Source of the DNA: Mytilus trossulus
Lineage: Eukaryota
NCBI RefSeq assembly: GCF_036588685.1
Contig: NC_086386.1
Coordinates: 55,118,001-55,182,000 of the forward strand
Direction of reading: 5' to 3'
Length of the DNA stretch: 64,000 nt
Part shown: piece after piece, positions 1 to 14,990 of the stretch
Numbering within the stretch: the stretch's first letter is position 1
How the letters are laid out: each line of letters opens with the position of its first letter
Notes under the pieces: model-generated
Databases searched by the model: none
What the model was told of the DNA's origin: nothing
The model's input: the letters and a program-made list of their open reading frames with translations, nothing else
Translations under genes and position numbers: made by a program

Positions 1-3000
1 AGTTAATTTATTTGATATTCAATAGAAAAATCAACACGTATACTTTGTATTGTACCCCCATTTGTGAGTGAAAGGTAAGTGAAAAAAATATTATTTTAAT
101 TACAAATCCGTTAAATGTTTTCATTGTACTTGACAAACAGTTATACATGTTATATACGTGTTTTTTTATGGTATTCAATTTATTTTAATTGTTTCAATTA
201 CCAACTTGTTCAATATATCCATTTTGCTTGATCGGCAGTTATACTTGATACTTTACATTTAAATGAATTAAAAGTACTTTGAAACCCGTTTATTGTGTTT
301 GATCACGAAAATCTTCTAAACATTCTTGAGCTTCTCATGGGGCATTTCAATAAGGTATCACTTGGTCGTTTTTACAGCACCTCCCCAATAAAGATCGAAT
401 GACCCTAAAATGTAAAGTATAAATCTCAGCATTAACACATTCACTATTCTATAGTCATTTAAAATACCCAACTCCTCTCTGATCGTCAAGGGATAATGCA
501 ATTGTCCTGTTAAATCTTTAAACTTGGAAATATTAACTATCAGATTAATCTTTTATATCTATGAATTTGTATATATGGATTACCAATTCTTGTTTAATAT
601 CGGAAGTATTAGAATCTGAAGCATAACACGATTTGTTCAATTAAATGTATTTAATATACATCTTCGTACAGAACAGTCATCCATAGTTGTAGAAAAAGAA
701 CGTTGCATAACCAAATATGGACTTTTCAATAACATTTCTCATAACGTAGATAAGCAATTATGATATCAAGGATAGAAGTCTAATTTGTTTACTGTTCTAA
801 AATTTTATATGTTTCCTGCATTCAAATCTTTTTGTCTAGGTTATATTTAAGTTTAATAATAGGATATAAAGATAATGCGTGGATTTGTAGATATCTATTA
901 TTGTTTGGTGCAATGTAGCATACGCAGTTATATGCAGTGATTGAAAATGTTGCACTCGTGTTATTGTATAAATATTATTTTCACACTGAATTTTTATTAT
1001 CACAAAATTGTATCCATCCTACGCTGTCCATGCGTAATCGTATAATTTTAAGCATCTTTGATCTACGGAAGAACAACGCATACATATTTCCGTCTTGCAG
1101 CTGGCAATCAGATTACAAGATCAAATTCATTCAATCATATTAATTTCTGATATACAATAAATACATATGTATTACAAATACGTGTTAAATAGCAAAAGAG
1201 TTATACAATAATAATTGTACACGATCAGTTGAAATAAAGGAATTCACTTCAAATTCACCTACTGTACAGTCACATAGGTTAAGGAATATAATGTCATATA
1301 AACTAAATGAGGATGTTATAAGAACATTTCTCATAACGTTGTTTTATTAGCAGTCGTGATGTTCATCTATATTTGTTACTTCGTTATTTAGAGACGACCG
1401 TTTAATATTTGAAGGGATTGTTTGGTGTTGGGTTTTTTTTGCTGCTTGACTATTCATTATCATATGTTACTTTTTGCAGTTGTGTTGCGAAGTATGAATA
1501 TTAGTCTTGTTTCGTGCAAGTTGTTTTCCAGCTCAAATACACTTGGCAAGATTTGTGTATGCCCCCTCTCCATTTCAATAAACGAATATAAACAAAAGTC
1601 CACTTCGCATCTCCAAACTTTTCATTTGCTCCTAAAACTTTTAGTATGGAGGGTACACTGAACCTGAACGATATTATTAATTTGCCTCATCATTATCTTA
1701 AGGGTTATGGGTAATCTCAATGTCCGTACACCATAATGAAAATAACGGTGTGTCATTGTTCAATTTCCATGGTTTTTGAACGTTTGAAAACAATCTCAGC
1801 GTTTTGGTATACACTTTTTAAAATATTACCCAGCATTCATTAATCCTCAAGCAGGTAGTGTTATTGACAGGTTCTAAGAATCTAAGGTTTTAAGTTACAT
1901 TCTATCACGCATCAAAGTACTATGTGGAGGTCTTCAAATCTATTTTTTAATAAATTGATGTAATGTTGTGCAATAATTGAAAATGGGGTTATATTTAGTG
2001 GTATTTCATTCAAATCGTTTTCATACTAAATCTTGATCTTCTTTACATGTTATACGTTATATTACTCCCCCGATACATTAAATCGAAAGCATGTTTGATC
2101 AACGGGAGAAAAATTGCCGTTTTTATCTATACACCTTGCAATTAAATTTCAATTAGAAATATTATCACACGAATAGTCCGTTCCGATTCTTTATTCATAT
2201 ATACAGCGTATCCATCTTAATAAGTAATACCAATACAATACCTTTAGTTTAATATTTTCTTAATATTTTCTTCGCCAAATTTTATTTATAAATGTCAAGC
2301 AATGTCCTTGTAAAATATATTCACACCACGCGTTCACATAGGTTAAGCTTAACATGTAAGACAACCAAATTTAGAGATTAAGAATTAGGATTTTGTGAAG
2401 GATCGTTTTTTAAGAATTTCATTCATGATAATCTGAATTAAAAGATGAGGTTTACAACTACGTGTTGTGATCTTGATTGGTTAGGTGGCCAATGTTACAA
2501 TTATTGTATATTGAAACGTTTTCGTGGATATATATACGTATATGCATATCGTCATCAAATTACATTTATTTCCTGCCTTTTCAGAAGAGAAACTTCATTT
2601 CATCCTAGGCATTTAAGAAACATTTCTACAAAAAGATAAGTAATTAAAAATGTAAAGTGTTAATTACAGAATGTGGCACAGATGGGAATGCAAATATATT
2701 TACTTTTTGTTCATACCAGGCTTTTCATTTTCAAAATACCCAACCCTTGTATTTGGTTTATATAATTGGTGCTATAATACACGTGTTTTATTCACGTTTT
2801 GATAACGGAAATAAATCGATTTTTTAAATCAACCATTCTTACTGTTATTTGGTGTATCTATTTGACTTTTTCCCTTTATTTGTAAGCTCAAGGCTCTAAA
2901 CACTTCAGCACTGGCATAACTTACATGAATGAACACTATGCAAATCTTTGTTATTATAGATTAAATATTATTTTATACTCTTGCAAGTGGACCATGTAAC

Positions 3001-6000
3001 CATTATTTACATACTTTTATTGATTTATATAATCAAGTAGGTATTATTCAATATAGGAAAAGGATTATTAATTTTAATCTAGAATTAGGTCAGCTGGTAA
3101 TCACATTGATGTCAATATTATTGCGTACCCTTCCGGTGCACTAGATTTAAATTCTGGCTTTTGGAGGGGTTCGTGTTGCTAAGACTTTATTTTTCTGTGT
3201 TAACTTTTTTTCTCTGAAGGTGTTGTTTGTCCTTTAGCCGGTTTGTCGTATGATCATGGTATCTATTTTTAATCACTTATGATTTTTCAAATCTCTTGAC
3301 ATCTTTTCCCTATCTTGGTTTATTGTTCTAGTTGGCTGACTATTATATCTTATATCTTAATATTCAAACGTTAAGTTATCTATCATGCTTTAAGTAGTAT
3401 GCATTCAAATTTGCTTGAACTTGAAAGTAAATATATCGTCAAAAACTCTGCTTCCAAATGATAAAAAAAACTTTTTATTTTATATTAGAGTACATTTATT
3501 CGAATTGATACTAAAGATACCAAGACAATTAATAAGCTTTGTGGAAGAATTATCTAAAACACGGAAACCTTTCAACCTTTAGTCTGAATTCTGAGGTTGG
3601 TTCTAAACACTAAATTCTTATGCAGTCGAAAACACTTTAAATTCCTAAAAAGAAGTTTCAGAGCATTGTTATTCAAAACGGCAATTTGCTCAGAACTTTA
3701 AAAGTACAATAAACCCAACAAGCATTATAATTAGTACATTGTATCAACCCAAATGGATTAGATATGGTGAACATGTATAAATGAATGAAACAGTTTAAGA
3801 TTAAGATCTTGCCATATTTAATGGACATTTGCCTTGTTAATTGCATTCAATAGGAATGATTTGTTTTTCTTGCCAAGTTTAATTAATAACAATTACTGGT
3901 CTACTTTTTGGACTTTACAAAAAGATCATACCATTGAACTATAAAATATAGATGATATAAAGATATACATTTGTACATAGACCGACAGATTTAAGACCTC
4001 TGATAAGTGTACTGTTGAAATGTTTGGAATTATTCATCAAAAACAATAATATTTGCGTCGTCTAAAGTTTAAATCTTTATTTTATTGAATAATCATTTCT
4101 GTCAATGACCGTTAGGAAATGCAATGAAATAACAGATACGTGAATAAACAAAAAAAAAGAAAAAAAAAGAAACGTCAATACAACAAAAAAACTCTTATGA
4201 AGACTGGAATTAAGGAGCACAGGCCTCAACTCGGCCGATTCAGGGAAACAAATTCACCAAAAGATTGCTAATTGTTTGAGGTTATTTAGATTATTACATA
4301 TTGCTCCTTCTTATAACTTTATCTTCTTTGCATTCTTTTATAGACGAATTTTGTGTCATTTGACAATTAAATTTTAGCAAAGCTTCGTTTTGGGATGAAA
4401 AACAGTATGATAAACACCAACACATTAATCCGTAATTAAAAAGTGGAAAACAAGCTTTTTCTGAATTTCATACGTCCCAATCACTTTTCTTGATTTATCA
4501 TCATCAGAAACACTAAAAGCTAAATCTTATGATTGAATAAGAACCGACACAAATAATCATTTTAAACACACATAGCAGACAAAAGTGACACAAATATGAG
4601 AGCATTTGTTTAGTCGTATTTTATAAACTGCCATGTGCCACATCAAATTTATGTCCGTTTTGTTATTTCAAAATTTTGGAATCTGGTACATACATGTTTT
4701 ATGTAAATAAAAGTGAGGATAACTATATAGCTATCATGCAGCTTTTCTTAACTTAAATTTGACATCATTTCTTTTTAAAGTACTTGATATAGAAAAAGTT
4801 ATTTCAATCGTTTAATTTGAGAATCTATCATATTTCAGAGCAAATTTATGTTTTATCAGTAACATTTTTTTTAATATAAAAACTGACTTAAAAAGGTTAT
4901 CTATAAATAAAAGTAAGAATAGATATATTTCTATCATGCCGATTTACTATTCAAAAACACAAATTTCTTTTTAACAATATGGCTCTTTATTAAATATACA
5001 ATCGTATGTATGTATGAGGATACGTTTACATATACTATTGAACAAAATCATTACGGCTTATTGAAGTAAGGCATTATAATAACATAATACCCCCTTTACA
5101 AGTTTCATTACATACAACAATATAGGTCACGGTCGCCTTGATCTACTTATCGTAATGTTAAATATATTACATCTCTTTGTTAAATTGTGTTAGCAATCCT
5201 AAAGGATTTAGATACGTATATTTCTATATAAAGAGAAGATGTGGTATGATTTTGCAGGTTTGAATTATTATACCATGTATGTTGAAATCCTATCAACTTT
5301 TATAGTGTATGTAAAGAGAAGTTTTCAGTACAAAACATTGTATTTAAAGAAAAGCATATTGTACAACATATTTTTATTCTCATAGAAATGTCACTAAGAA
5401 TAGTATGAATAAAGTATTTTAGCAGTTTGCTATAGAAATCGATATTGTTTTATCGGTTAATACAGACTGGGGTCCAGGCTTCCCACTTTGCCAAAGCTGC
5501 CTACTGACGAAATATATTTTACAGATAAAACTAGGATAAAGCAAGGATTTCCTCTTATCGTCTGTATAGAATGTAGCATCTCAGAAACACCTCAAAGAGA
5601 AACCAGTCATATTTCATATTAAAATTAGAAGATTGGAAACGATTTTATATGAGAAACTATCCCCATGATTTAAAATGAAGTAGAATAGTACATGTTAATT
5701 GTTGGCACATATGTACTAAGTTGTTAACTTCACACGTGTATGAACTATGAATTGCACTGTTAACATAATATATATTACTTTTTTCATAAAATCTGCACGA
5801 AATTTGGTAAAATTGTTTCAGTCTGTGTTTGATTTACGATTGAACATTGTGAGAACAATGAACGGATATGGTATAACCATAAGCCCGGATATCGAAATAT
5901 TTCTTGTTAATATACTTATTCTTCTACATTGTGTCTGAGCCTCCTACAAATACAACTGATATTCAAAGACACTAAACAGTTATTGTCTAAATATCTTTGC

Positions 6001-7986
6001 TATCAATTTGGTGATTGTTTAATTTTTAATATTTAAACAAGATAACAATTGATACAAAATCGTTTCAAGTTAAACTAACAGAGTGTACATGAGGAATTTC
6101 ATTAATCAAATGTGTTTAGAATTTTGACTTGTACGCTCAAGTTTAGCTGAATTTCGATTCTTATTGCTTCATGGTTACTTTTCTTTCAGTTGATGTGAAA
6201 ATTGACATTTCGAAATCTTATCGCTTTATGGTGTAGTGTTAAAATTGTTGTCTAGTTAGTATATTCTACACATTTCCATTTATTTGTATGCATAACGCAG
6301 TTGCTGAATCATCGGTTTTATGAGTTATGTGGTGTTATTTGTCTATTATTAAAGCTATGTTCTTGCTTTTTTTCTTCGATATTTGGATTTTTCTGGACAT
6401 TTGCTTATTGATTGTTTAGTCTTCCATTATATGTAAATTGTATGGGTAAAGAATGTCTTGTACAGGACGTTTACTATGTAAAGGTTCACCGATAGATAAT
6501 TTTTTAGGTTGTTGGCCACTTAGTGTGTGTTGGGGTTTTGCTTGTCATGTTGACATTTTCCTCCAGATATTTTTAATATGAAGTTCTAACATACACATGT
6601 CCTGCAGATATAACGGTCTGCACGACTTCCTGTCTTCTCGTTCACATTCAACCGTTCCGACTGCAACCACACAAAAAAATTGATACAAAATTAAACATTT
6701 CATGAAACTTCTACTACGTGGGAGACTTTAAGTTTAAATTACTTCATGAATTAGCATATACATATGGACAATATATATTTCTCGTAGAAAAATTAGACCA
6801 ATTCTCAATCACATTATCTTATATTGTTGATATTGTGTTGACATATGATCTTCAAAAACAATTGTCTTTGGCATTGTCCAAATATTAGATATTGACGGAT
6901 CTATCTAGGGGAATTTTATACAATGACAATTGAATATTACGTTTACTTCCGTTCTAAATGGTAAGGTCACACGAGAAAATAAAAATAAGGAAACTAGTTT
7001 GTTTGAACGTTTAATCGTTTTTGTAAATTTATTATAAAAATCGTATTTAATTTAATGAAATATTTGTTTATCATTGATGTGAAAAAGTTTATCGATGATA
7101 TGTAATTATCTATTGAATGCCAAAATTTTAAATTTACTCTTTTTGTGGTTATTGCTAAATAAACATGTTAGATATATAAAATAAGATACTTTATGTGTAA
7201 AGAATCAATTCGTTTTCAATACTGATTACCAATACTTCTTATCTACTTAAGATTAAATATAATTGTTCTCTTAACAAGGAGGAATATTGTCAATTTCACA
7301 CGTTTGTTAATGTGGGAAGTTCAAATGTTTTAAAGACATTTTCAGAAATAAATTCAATAATTTTTTTTCGTAAAGCAATAAAGATATCCTGAATGAGGAG
7401 CAATGCAGCGATAAACTTCCACAACTGGCGGCATCCTTCAGCTGACCAATAAATAAAATGAATACTAGTTCAGTGATAATTGACGTCACACTAAACTCCG
7501 AATTATACACAAGAAACTACAAATAAAAATGATACAAGACTAACAAAGGTTAGAGGCTTCTGACTAAGGACAGGCGCAAAATTGCAGCGGGGTTAAACAT
7601 TTTTTTTTAGTTCCCATTCCTCCTCCTATATATAAATATATTTGCTTGTCAAATGGACAACATTTAACGTTTTGTGGTACAAATTTCATTAATATGAATA
7701 TTGGGTAAATTAAAATGAATTTCAATGAAATAAAAATATTTCTATTTAATGTTTGTGAACAATTAGAGTATTGAAAAATATGTTCACCTCAATGAGTTTT
7801 ACTCAAAATGACGTCTTAAATGCTTCATTTATTTTGAATTGATGAGAAGGAAGGGAGCAAGGGGGAGGGGGGTAGAGGACGACACAGATATTGATAATGA
7901 TGATCCTTAAGGAGTCAGTACATTAAGGGGATATGATAAATGATTATGAGCCCTGCTTTGTAAAAATATTTATGAGTTAAGACGAA

Positions 7987-9028
7987 TAAAATTGAGAATG
8001 GAAATGGGGAATGTGTCAAAGAGACAACAACCCGACCAAAATAAAAAAACACAACAGCAGAAGGTCACCAACAGGTCTTCAATGTAGCGAGAAATTCCCG
8101 CACCCGGAGGCGTCCTTCAGCTGGCCCCTAAACAAATATATACTAGTTCAGTGATAATGAACGCCATACTAATTTCCAAATTGTACACAAGAAACTAAAA
8201 TTTAAATAATACAAGACTAACAAAGGCCAGAGGCTCCTGACTTGGGACAGGCGCAAAAATGCGGCGGGGTTAAACATGTTTGTGAGATCTCAACCCTCCC
8301 CCTATACCTCTAACCAGTGTAGAAAAGTAAAAGCATAACAATACGCACATTAAAATTCAGTTCAAGAGAAGTCCGAGTCTGATGTCAGAAGATGTAACCA
8401 AAGAAAATAAACAAAATGACAATAATACATAAATAACAACAGACTACTAGCAGTTAACTGACATGCCAGCTCCAGACTTCAATTAAACTGACTGAAAGAT
8501 TATGATTTCATCATATGAACATCAGGCACAATCCTTCCCGTAAGGGGTTTAGTATCATACCATCATAACATATATGAGAAGAACATAACCCGTGTCATGC
8601 CAACAACTGTTTTTAGAATAAATGTGTTTAGTTCCGACGCAAAGACCTTATCAGTGACTCAATATTAACGCCAAAATATGCAATCTTTAATGACTTGACA
8701 ACAGTATCGTAATTATATCCCTTCTTAATAAGTCTATTCAAAGGGTTTGTAAGTTTATGAGGTGAATACTGACACCTTTGTGCTTTATAAAGAATATTTC
8801 CATAAAAAATTGGATGTGAAATACCTGAACGTATAAAAAGTCTGCATGTTGAGCTATATTTACGAATGATGTCTGTATACCGATGATAAAATTTAGTAAA
8901 TGTTTTGACTAGTTTGTGATATCGAAAACCCTGGTGTAATAATTTTTCAGTAATACATAAATTTCTCTCGTTAAAATCTAAAACATTGTTACATACACGA
9001 GCGAATCGTACAAGTTGAGATATATAAA
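7987..9028 (+). mobile_element. ~1.04-kb insertion of an abundant interspersed repeat (starts AAAATTGAGAATGGAAATGGGGAATGTGTCAAAGAGAC)
   Basis: Absent from the paralogous site at ~49398; shorter copies at ~7460-7630, ~9403-9535, ~18421-18590 (-), ~38180-38357 (-), ~56247-56610. Confidence 0.8.
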
Positions 9029-11032
9029 GTCTATATCCGGACCCATAAGCATGACGAATAGTATTTCGTCTAACTCTAACATCCTGCTCGCTGGACCTAA
9101 GGATAAGGGAATAACTTTCAAATTCTTAAAGCCACATTAAAACAAACCAACCCCTAGCGTCTATAAACGATGACATCATTGACGTTTAAAGTTTTTTAAA
9201 TGTTGATGTTTTTCGAATGTAGTTTTATTAATTGTTTAGTACACTAATTCAATGAATATTCCAATTACATGCGACGGGTGTAATTGAAGAAGAAAGACAT
9301 GTAAACATTGTTCATACTAATGCCAGTGCATTTGTTAAGCAATGGAGTAGCATGTTTATCGTCGTTTTATACACTGGAGGGTAAACTAAAAGTAGACTAT
9401 ACAATTGAGAATAGAAATGGAGAATGTGTTAAAGAGACAACAATTCCACCATAGAACAAACCAAAGCAGAAGGTCACCAATAGATCTTTAATGCAGCGAA
9501 AACAAATATACTAGTTCAGTGCTAATGAACGCAATACAGTATTCATATGATAATAAACATTTTAAGTCAGGATATATATTTTATAATAGTTGCAAGAAAC
9601 TGAACATACTTTTCAATTTACAAAAAAATTAAATGACTATTACAAGACGTTTAAAATATCCTGGGAAAAAATGTTTGATATTGTGTTAAAAATTTAAGTC
9701 AGTTAACGATTATCCAAGTGCACATTTCTCAGGTTTTTAATTATAAATATTCACGACAAAATGTATGCGTAAGATGCTTGATGCTGCATGGTACGGCCAT
9801 GCCGTAATGTTTCTCTCCTATGTTAGTTATGAGACATTTTAGTTGTCTTGATTTAAGATAAAAGTAATCACAGTTATGTTGTATATATTATAATTATGCG
9901 CATAGCAAATGTTATATGTTAGGCTCTCTCCGTTCAAAAATCAATGTTGGAATAAATCATGAGTGACATCTTTGAATAGTTATCTGCTAGTTTAATACTA
10001 TGAATCAAAGAATCGGCAATAAAATAATAGATCCCTTAGTTCCGGTGATAACTTTGATTGGCTTATTATCTTACTAGAGCAACGACCACTGTAATGTTTT
10101 GGAAATAAAGTCACACAGATGATTTATATGGGAAATTGTTGTGTTTACAATTGATGACTGAGAATATTCTTCCAATAACATCCTGCGGATGTGACCTGTA
10201 TCTTAACAGTCTGTAAATCAGATACAATCAAAAGATTTTGTCCACCGATTTTAATCTAATAGTCTACCAATCACACTTTGAAGCCTATGCCAAACGTTCA
10301 ACACACTGTCATATCTAATATAGGTTGCAAACAATAGTCGTGACTCATTATTCAATTGAACCTGACACTATGATTATAAATCGTTGAAAGCAGGTGGCAT
10401 CAGTAAAATTGATAATGATATTAGAAGGAGATGTGGTAGTCTTGTCAATGAAACATCTTTGAAGTTGGTTATACAAACAATAATACACTAGGTTCGAGTA
10501 CAGCATGAAATAATGAGCGATAACCATACCGCATATTATAGCTGTAATAAGTCCGGTCATAACATGACAAGTGTTAAAAATAGAATTCCTTGACGACAAC
10601 GGACAAAGCTATGACAAAACTATAAACAAAAGACAAATCACACCATAGAAACTAAAGACTGGTCAACACAAATTATATTATGCAAAATTCTAGGACGACC
10701 TCATGAGCTCCAGAAGGACTTTCTCAAATAACTCGTAAATTTAACGATGTGTTATCAAAGTATGGGTGTTCAGTTGGATAGATCTTTTAAAATGAAGTTT
10801 CTAATTTCAAATTTCTTTTCCCATTAGTTTCTTTGGTAACAAAATCATAAAATTTAATTTTGCATATTTATTGTAAACCATTATTGTTTTGTTTCTCATT
10901 CATTTCCTTGTCTTATCTAGATCTGTATATTAAAGCCATTGCCCTGTGTTACGTTAAATTCGTCATGATATCAACCCTTCAATGCGATACCAAAACTATG
11001 GCTTAAAGTTCATCTTTATCTGCCGCTTATGA

Positions 11033-11250
11033 ATTTGATGAGACTGTTATAAAGGTGAGAGGGTTAGCGCTATAGAACCAGGTTTAATCCACCATTTTCT
11101 ACATTTGAAAATGCCTGTACCAAGTCAGGAATATGACAGTTCTTGTCCATTCGTTTTTGATGCGTTTTGTTTTTTGATTTTGCCATGTGATTATGGACTT
11201 TTCAAATTGATTTTCCTCTGAGTTCAGTATTTTTGTGATTTTCTTTTTAT
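11033..11250 (+). mobile_element. Interspersed repeat insertion
   Basis: Near-identical to 58381-58600; the paralogous site at ~61023 is empty; related reverse copy ~13057-13330. Confidence 0.75.
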
Positions 11251-14200
11251 GTAAAATAATTTTATATATTATATACGTCCGGCTGGAAATACTCATGAAT
11301 ATCACAGAACTGAGTGAAATCTTACCAAAACCATGAATAAACATGAAAAGTAAAATGATCACTTGAAACTTATGCGAAAGTAATGTTCATTACAAAAGAT
11401 AAGGAGACCATTGTGCAGACATGAGCAAGTACTGCACATCTGAAAACATAATTCAGATTGGAAAGGTATAAATGGTTAATCCATAAAATAATAAACCTAT
11501 CTGTACTGTAGTTCTTTGACAATGCATTCTATACAGTGCATATTTTAGAAATTTATAAACTATCGTTAACAAAAAAGACCTGGCATCCATTTGCAATTAA
11601 GTGCGCAAAAGAGGTTTATACAAACTATTTATGTTAAGACAATCCGTGGTTCTCTAAGGAGTCCAAGTGCGAATACATTTATTTTACAGAATTGAAAACA
11701 AACGATGAATTAATTGATATTTGTGTCGTTGGTTTCTTAAATCATTCCCTCTTTAACGTATAAACCACAGCAAAAAAGAAAATGTGAATGCTTTCAAAAG
11801 TCATGCAATAAATTGCCTATGAATGAAATATTAAAGAGAATTCGATAAAGATATGGTTTTGTAGTTCATGACACGATTCAAAGGAGATTTCGTGGATTGT
11901 CTGCATCAATAAAAGAATTAGCATCCCAGCGACTTAAAAATTAAACGCATAAAAGTGATAAAGCTTACAATAAAAGGTCATGGAATGGCAGGATATATTT
12001 CAAGTTTTCTAACATTATGTGGTCTAGTGCTCCCAACATTACAGTGACGTTTTGGTAAGACGGTTTGTATTATTCATATATATATTATCAGTATAATTTC
12101 TAGGGACTCAAATTTACCATTTTTTTTTACAAAAGATGTATTATGCTCTCAAAGTGTCCTTCGAAAAATGTGTGTCCTTGAGTCTCTGTATCATTGACGT
12201 ACATACCCCTCAACAGCTCCCTATAGTTCATATTTGTAAAAGGCGATTGTAAATATTCAATACAGATTGTTTTTGTTTTCAATTATTTTAGGTTTATTTG
12301 ACAAATAAAGCACATTCAATAGTCAAAGCACTTATGCATGCGTATTAATAATTTTTTGTAATTAACATAAACAGTTAAAGTACTTTTCATCCCTATTAGC
12401 AAACATGTCTTCATCAAAAGTCTATGTGCATTAATTAAAAATTTCAAATGTACAGAGATGTTTCTTAATAATCAAACACATTAAAAAGTAATCCAACTAT
12501 TTGACTGCACTGTTAATTAAGCAGATATATATATTTTTTTTAAATTTAATCAATTCGTTAATATGATATATGTTTTTTGGCGTAGAATTTCCAAATGATC
12601 AGTAAGTTTTCATCACTTTCATTTCTTTCTTAACAAAATTAAACCTCAACTTACAAGTATCTTCTTCATCAATAGAAGTCACCCGGGTATTGCAATGCAT
12701 ATAACACACATAATCTAGTACTGCCACTACATGGATAGTACGAGAGTATACTTGATTACTTAGTATATAATTGAACTCATATATTTGACAATGTTTTGTT
12801 CCGTCTGTAGCTTACGGGTTACTATCCGTCGACGGTGAAACAAAAAAATGTAGTTTATGCCAAACTTGTTGTAAACAAACATATGTAAGTCATTCAAACT
12901 CAAATCAATGGTCCATAAAGGAGGTTAAACATTTTAGGATGTGCAAGCTTATGGTACATATAACTGTATTAATATCCTTAAGCTTGTAAAACTAAAGTTA
13001 AAGCTAATATGGGTTAAGCAAACATTTTCACTTACTTTGTTTTATAAAAAAAAGGCAACACTAGTATACCGCTGTTTAAAATTCATAAATCGACTGAGAA
13101 AAAAAAAACATATGCGAGTTACAAACTAAAAGTGGGCGAAAACACGAAATATAAAAGGAAAACTACGACACAACAGAAATACAACACTAAAATGTAACAC
13201 ACACAGAAACGAACAATTATAATTAAACAAAGGAATTTTTTCTGACTTGGTACGGGACATTTTAAGAAAACAAATTGTTGGTTAAACCTGGTTTTGTGCA
13301 TGGCTTGCCAAACCTCCTGCTTTATTATAAAATCATCAATCTCTACAATAACCGTAAGTTGTGCAAACTTACGTATTGCCAAAGTTTTTTTTGGGCAGAT
13401 TTTCGTTTGCTTTACACCCAGTGACAAATATGCCATGCATGTTCAGGACCGTGTTCACACTATACTAAATGAAACTGTAACAATAATGTTGATTAAGATG
13501 CGTTTCCATCTCTTTTTCGGTTCAGAGGGACTTTTCATACACTTTTTTGGATCGCAGACCTCTTGAAAGTATGTCATACAGTACGTGACCATTGCTTCAT
13601 AAACGTCTGATTTTGAGTTTACTGGATGTTAAATGTACTTTAATTTCTTTTTAAGAGATTTTCAAATATCTTTAAATAAATATGTTGGAAATGTTGATGT
13701 ATACTTTAGCTAAGTACTTGTACGTTCGATTATGTATTTAATCGTATATGAATTGACAGATTGATTGACAGCAATATACAATCATAATTTAAAGTGGTTA
13801 TCATAAGTATCTATCAGATCCTAAACATTAAATTTTATAATGTCAATAATTTAATGTCATTCATAAATGTCAGTAGAGAATTAAGTACCTTGCGAACTTT
13901 AATTGTATGTAAAAGTACAATACATATATTACACTGTAGCTTTCTGTTCCTCATATAATTGTGATTAAATCCAAGATTATCAATCATTGACGAACACAAG
14001 AATTATTTGCCAAGGTGTTTCTCTGTGCTGGCTCTAGTACCGATTTTGTCACTATTTTTCGGAATTTTCGGGTCAAATAATCTTCAAGTTTGAAACAAAT
14101 TTGGTTCTTCAACTGTTGTGTTTGAGGCCACTGATGATTACTTTGTCGAATAAAACAAATTTTATAGCCTGGTACATTTTGAAAGTTATTCTTGTGTGTC

Positions 14201-14821
14201 AAATGTTTAAATTTCAAGCAAGCCATATTACCATACGGTAAACAATGTGTAATGCAAACATAATTATATAATTTTCTGTTTAAATCGTAACTGCAGCTAT
14301 TTGGGTTTTATAAAATACTTCGTTGTAAATGAAATACTATGGGGTGGTTTCTAAGTACGTTTTAGCATTTATTGAGTCTTGTTATTGACAAACAAAATCT
14401 GCATTCAATTTGATAAATGATAAAAAGATTGAAAGAGAGATGGACTGGTTGCAGTAATATGTTACATGTTTAACTTAATGGCCTGAAGACATGAAGAGCT
14501 GTATGGAAAAGGACACATATTGTAAACAAGTCAAATTGCAAAGGTCACCTGTGCGCCTGTGTAACCATGAACAATTTCTGAAATAATCAACAGAGTATTT
14601 AAGAAAAGTTTGTTGAAAAAAAAATAGGTACAGCAGCTCTGCTTGTTGGATAGATAAAAATACTATTTGCCAATAAAAAAAAGTAGCATAAAAAAGTTAC
14701 AAATAAATACATTGTACATCGGTTTTTATAATCAAACTTTAATGAAGTGAATTTTGAGGTACATGAAATCATTAATTTTAATGAAAATGTATAATACATT
14801 GGATTCGAGGTTCAACATAAT

Positions 14822-14990
14822 ATATAAAAAAGAAGAAGTGGTATGATTACCAATGAGACAACTATCCAAACAAGACACAGACATTTACAACTATAGGTCA
14901 CCGTACGGCCTTCAATAATGAGCAAAGCCCATACAGCATAGTCAGCTATACAAGGCCCCAATAAGACAATGTAAAACAATTCAAACGAGT
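14822..14990 (+). repeat. Abundant short interspersed repeat (AGATGTGGTATGATTGCCAATGAGACAACT family)
   Basis: Related copies at ~34645-34780, ~41430-41500 (-), ~41515-41680, ~18960-19130 (-), ~46100-46225 (-). Confidence 0.7.
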
